From Prochlorococcus sp. AG-436-K22 (lineage in GTDB: Bacteria > Cyanobacteriota > Cyanobacteriia > PCC-6307 > Cyanobiaceae), in the NCBI GenBank assembly GCA_003212555.1, contig QCPK01000003.1:3677-67676 (forward strand): a stretch of 64,000 nucleotides of DNA. Reading direction: 5' to 3'. Position numbers and translations under genes: made by a program. Under the pieces are notes generated by a model. It made no database searches. It was given only the letters and a program-made list of their open reading frames with translations, and was not told the origin of the DNA. How positions within the stretch are numbered: the first letter of the stretch is position 1; each line of letters begins with the position of its first letter. This document shows, piece after piece, positions 62,370 to 64,000 of the stretch.

Positions 62370-63572
62370 ATGACCATAAGAAACATTTCTTGGGAAGCCC
62401 AGTTAGATCTAAATATCGTTAATTCTTCTGTACAGGAAGCTTTAAAAACGAAAAAACTTTTTAGATATCAATTCAAAGACTCAAGTAGTTTCGTAAATAT
62501 TCTTGAAAAAACAATCAGCGAATACGTAGGGAGTGATTTTGCTTTAGGAGTTTCCTCTGCAACTAATGCTATCTTCCTAGCCCTGAAAGCATTAGGAGTT
62601 GATTCAAACTCAAGGGTACTCATACCAGCCTTTACCTTTACAGCAGTTCCCAGTGCTGTTATTCAATGTGGTGCAGAGCCTGTTCTTATTGACATTACTG
62701 AAAGTTACGTCATTGACCTAGAGGACTTAAAACAAAAAATTCTCTCTTCCAAAGCCCAATACCTTCTCTTATCTCATATGCGGGGACATTTATGTGATAT
62801 GGATGAAGTTATGAAAATATGTGAGGAGAACTCTATTGTTCTAATAGAAGATGCTGCTCATGCATTAGGGGTTACATGGAAGGGGAAACAAGCTGGGACA
62901 TTCGGAATCGCAGGAATTTATTCTCTTCAGTCTTACAAAATTATTAATGCTGGAGAAGGTGGCATATTAGTGACAAACAACCCTGATGTTTTTTGGAAAT
63001 CTGTATTCATGTCAGGCTCATATGAGAATAATTATAAGTTACATTCTTCCAAAAATATCGATATTGGAAATAGGTATAAAAATAATCTTCCAGTCTTTAA
63101 CGTTCGTATGAACAACATAATGGCTGCATTAGCTATTCCCCAAGTAAAGAATATTGAAAAGACTATTGATCATGTAAATAAGAATTATAAAAAGTTTAGT
63201 AAGCATATATTAGAGCGTAAAGAAATTGAATTGCCCAAAGAAAATCTTGCTATAAGGTCAGTTAGAGATTCAGCTCAGATGCGTATTCATCTAAGTCAGA
63301 ATTCTCTTGAGAATCTAAAATCTGAATTAAATGAGATAAATATTCCAATTAGTTATTTTGGTGGTCTAAATAATAGCAATGCAAGGTTATATCAAAACTG
63401 GGGTTTTCTAGAAAATAGAAATCATATTGTGCCGAATACAAAAAAAAATTTATCAGAGGTTTTTGATCTTCGTTTACCGATTCATTTTCAATCTAAGGAT
63501 ATTGACCTTATTGCAAAGAGCTTTTTGCAAGTATTTGATAAGGTTAAAAGGCAAAAAAATTCCTTTGATTAA
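62370..63572 (+). CDS. DegT/DnrJ/EryC1/StrS-family PLP-dependent aminotransferase
   Basis: SSATNA, PAFTFTAVP, IEDAAHALG, SLQSYKIINAGEGG (PLP Lys). Confidence 0.9.
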   Translation: MTIRNISWEAQLDLNIVNSSVQEALKTKKLFRYQFKDSSSFVNILEKTISEYVGSDFALGVSSATNAIFLALKALGVDSNSRVLIPAFTFTAVPSAVIQCGAEPVLIDITESYVIDLEDLKQKILSSKAQYLLLSHMRGHLCDMDEVMKICEENSIVLIEDAAHALGVTWKGKQAGTFGIAGIYSLQSYKIINAGEGGILVTNNPDVFWKSVFMSGSYENNYKLHSSKNIDIGNRYKNNLPVFNVRMNNIMAALAIPQVKNIEKTIDHVNKNYKKFSKHILERKEIELPKENLAIRSVRDSAQMRIHLSQNSLENLKSELNEINIPISYFGGLNNSNARLYQNWGFLENRNHIVPNTKKNLSEVFDLRLPIHFQSKDIDLIAKSFLQVFDKVKRQKNSFD

Positions 63573-63704
63573 GAACTAAACCTCCTTTGAAAAAGTAGGT
63601 TTTACTTCATCTCTACAAAGAGCAATATAAATTTAATTTTTTTATATTGGTTATCAAACAAAAAGAAGTTATCTTGAAGTAGTTCAAATCTGGAGTAGAA
63701 ATTT

Positions 63705-63857
63705 ATGCCTGAATCAATTACAACAAAATTTAAAAAGTGGGTCAAAAAAGCAATGAGTGCTATGGGCGACGCTCTCCTTTCTGAAAAAAGCAAGACAGCC
63801 CCACCTGATAGTGGTGAACAACCATATAAAGATACTCCGAAGAAAGGACTTTTTTAA
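63705..63857 (+). CDS. 50-aa hypothetical microprotein (not in ORF track)
   Basis: MPESITTKFKKWVKKAMSAMGDALLSEKSKTAPPDSGEQPYKDTPKKGLF; GGAG 9 nt upstream. Confidence 0.6.
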   Translation: MPESITTKFKKWVKKAMSAMGDALLSEKSKTAPPDSGEQPYKDTPKKGLF

Positions 63858-64000
63858 ATCAGTCAATGATTGAATTCTAAATTTTAATCACGATTATCAA
63901 AAGTCAAATCGTTCAATTTTTTTATGCTGAAGTAATTTCAGAATCAGGAAATGATTCTGGCTAAACAAATAAAGTTCAGTACGTTTTATTAAACAGCAGC

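Overview
AT-rich chromosomal segment of a marine picocyanobacterium, almost certainly Prochlorococcus: it has a Pcb chlorophyll a/b antenna gene and kaiB-kaiC with no kaiA. A low-light clade is likely, but that is inference. About 1-50.8 kb is core genome: ftsZ 3' end, SRP RNA, panB, hemW, PIN/TRAM-clpR-clpP, ilvC, cobD, gluQ, HU, glgX, tRNA-Gly, MFS-mlaE-DUF3119-DUF3086-plsY, pyrF, tyrS, pepA, bamA-lpxC-fabZ-lpxA-lpxB-msrA, purC, purD-nblS, kaiBC, rplU-rpmA, truB, rnz, petF, prmA, serA, tRNA-Val and murD. A small accessory islet at about 9.2-11.9 kb holds hli, an NdhF-N-terminus-like protein and small ORFs. From about 50.8 kb to the end the sequence is island-like: many tiny ORFs, pcb, an NSS transporter next to a GATase, DUF1330/DUF1643/DUF1824 and a lone DegT aminotransferase. 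I saw no integrase, transposase, CRISPR array or recognised defence system. Hand translation found five ORFs missing from the supplied track. The best candidate for something new is 54077-54290 (-): a 41-aa membrane peptide with a perfect AGGAGG Shine-Dalgarno and a structured leader whose hairpin loop can pair over the RBS and start codon, as in a type I toxin or riboswitch. Other leads are a hairpin leader upstream of rplU, a twin-CX3C microprotein, a probable leaderless gene, an internally duplicated His-bearing two-helix protein and three long near-loopless palindromes. All family calls come from motif recognition, not database searches.
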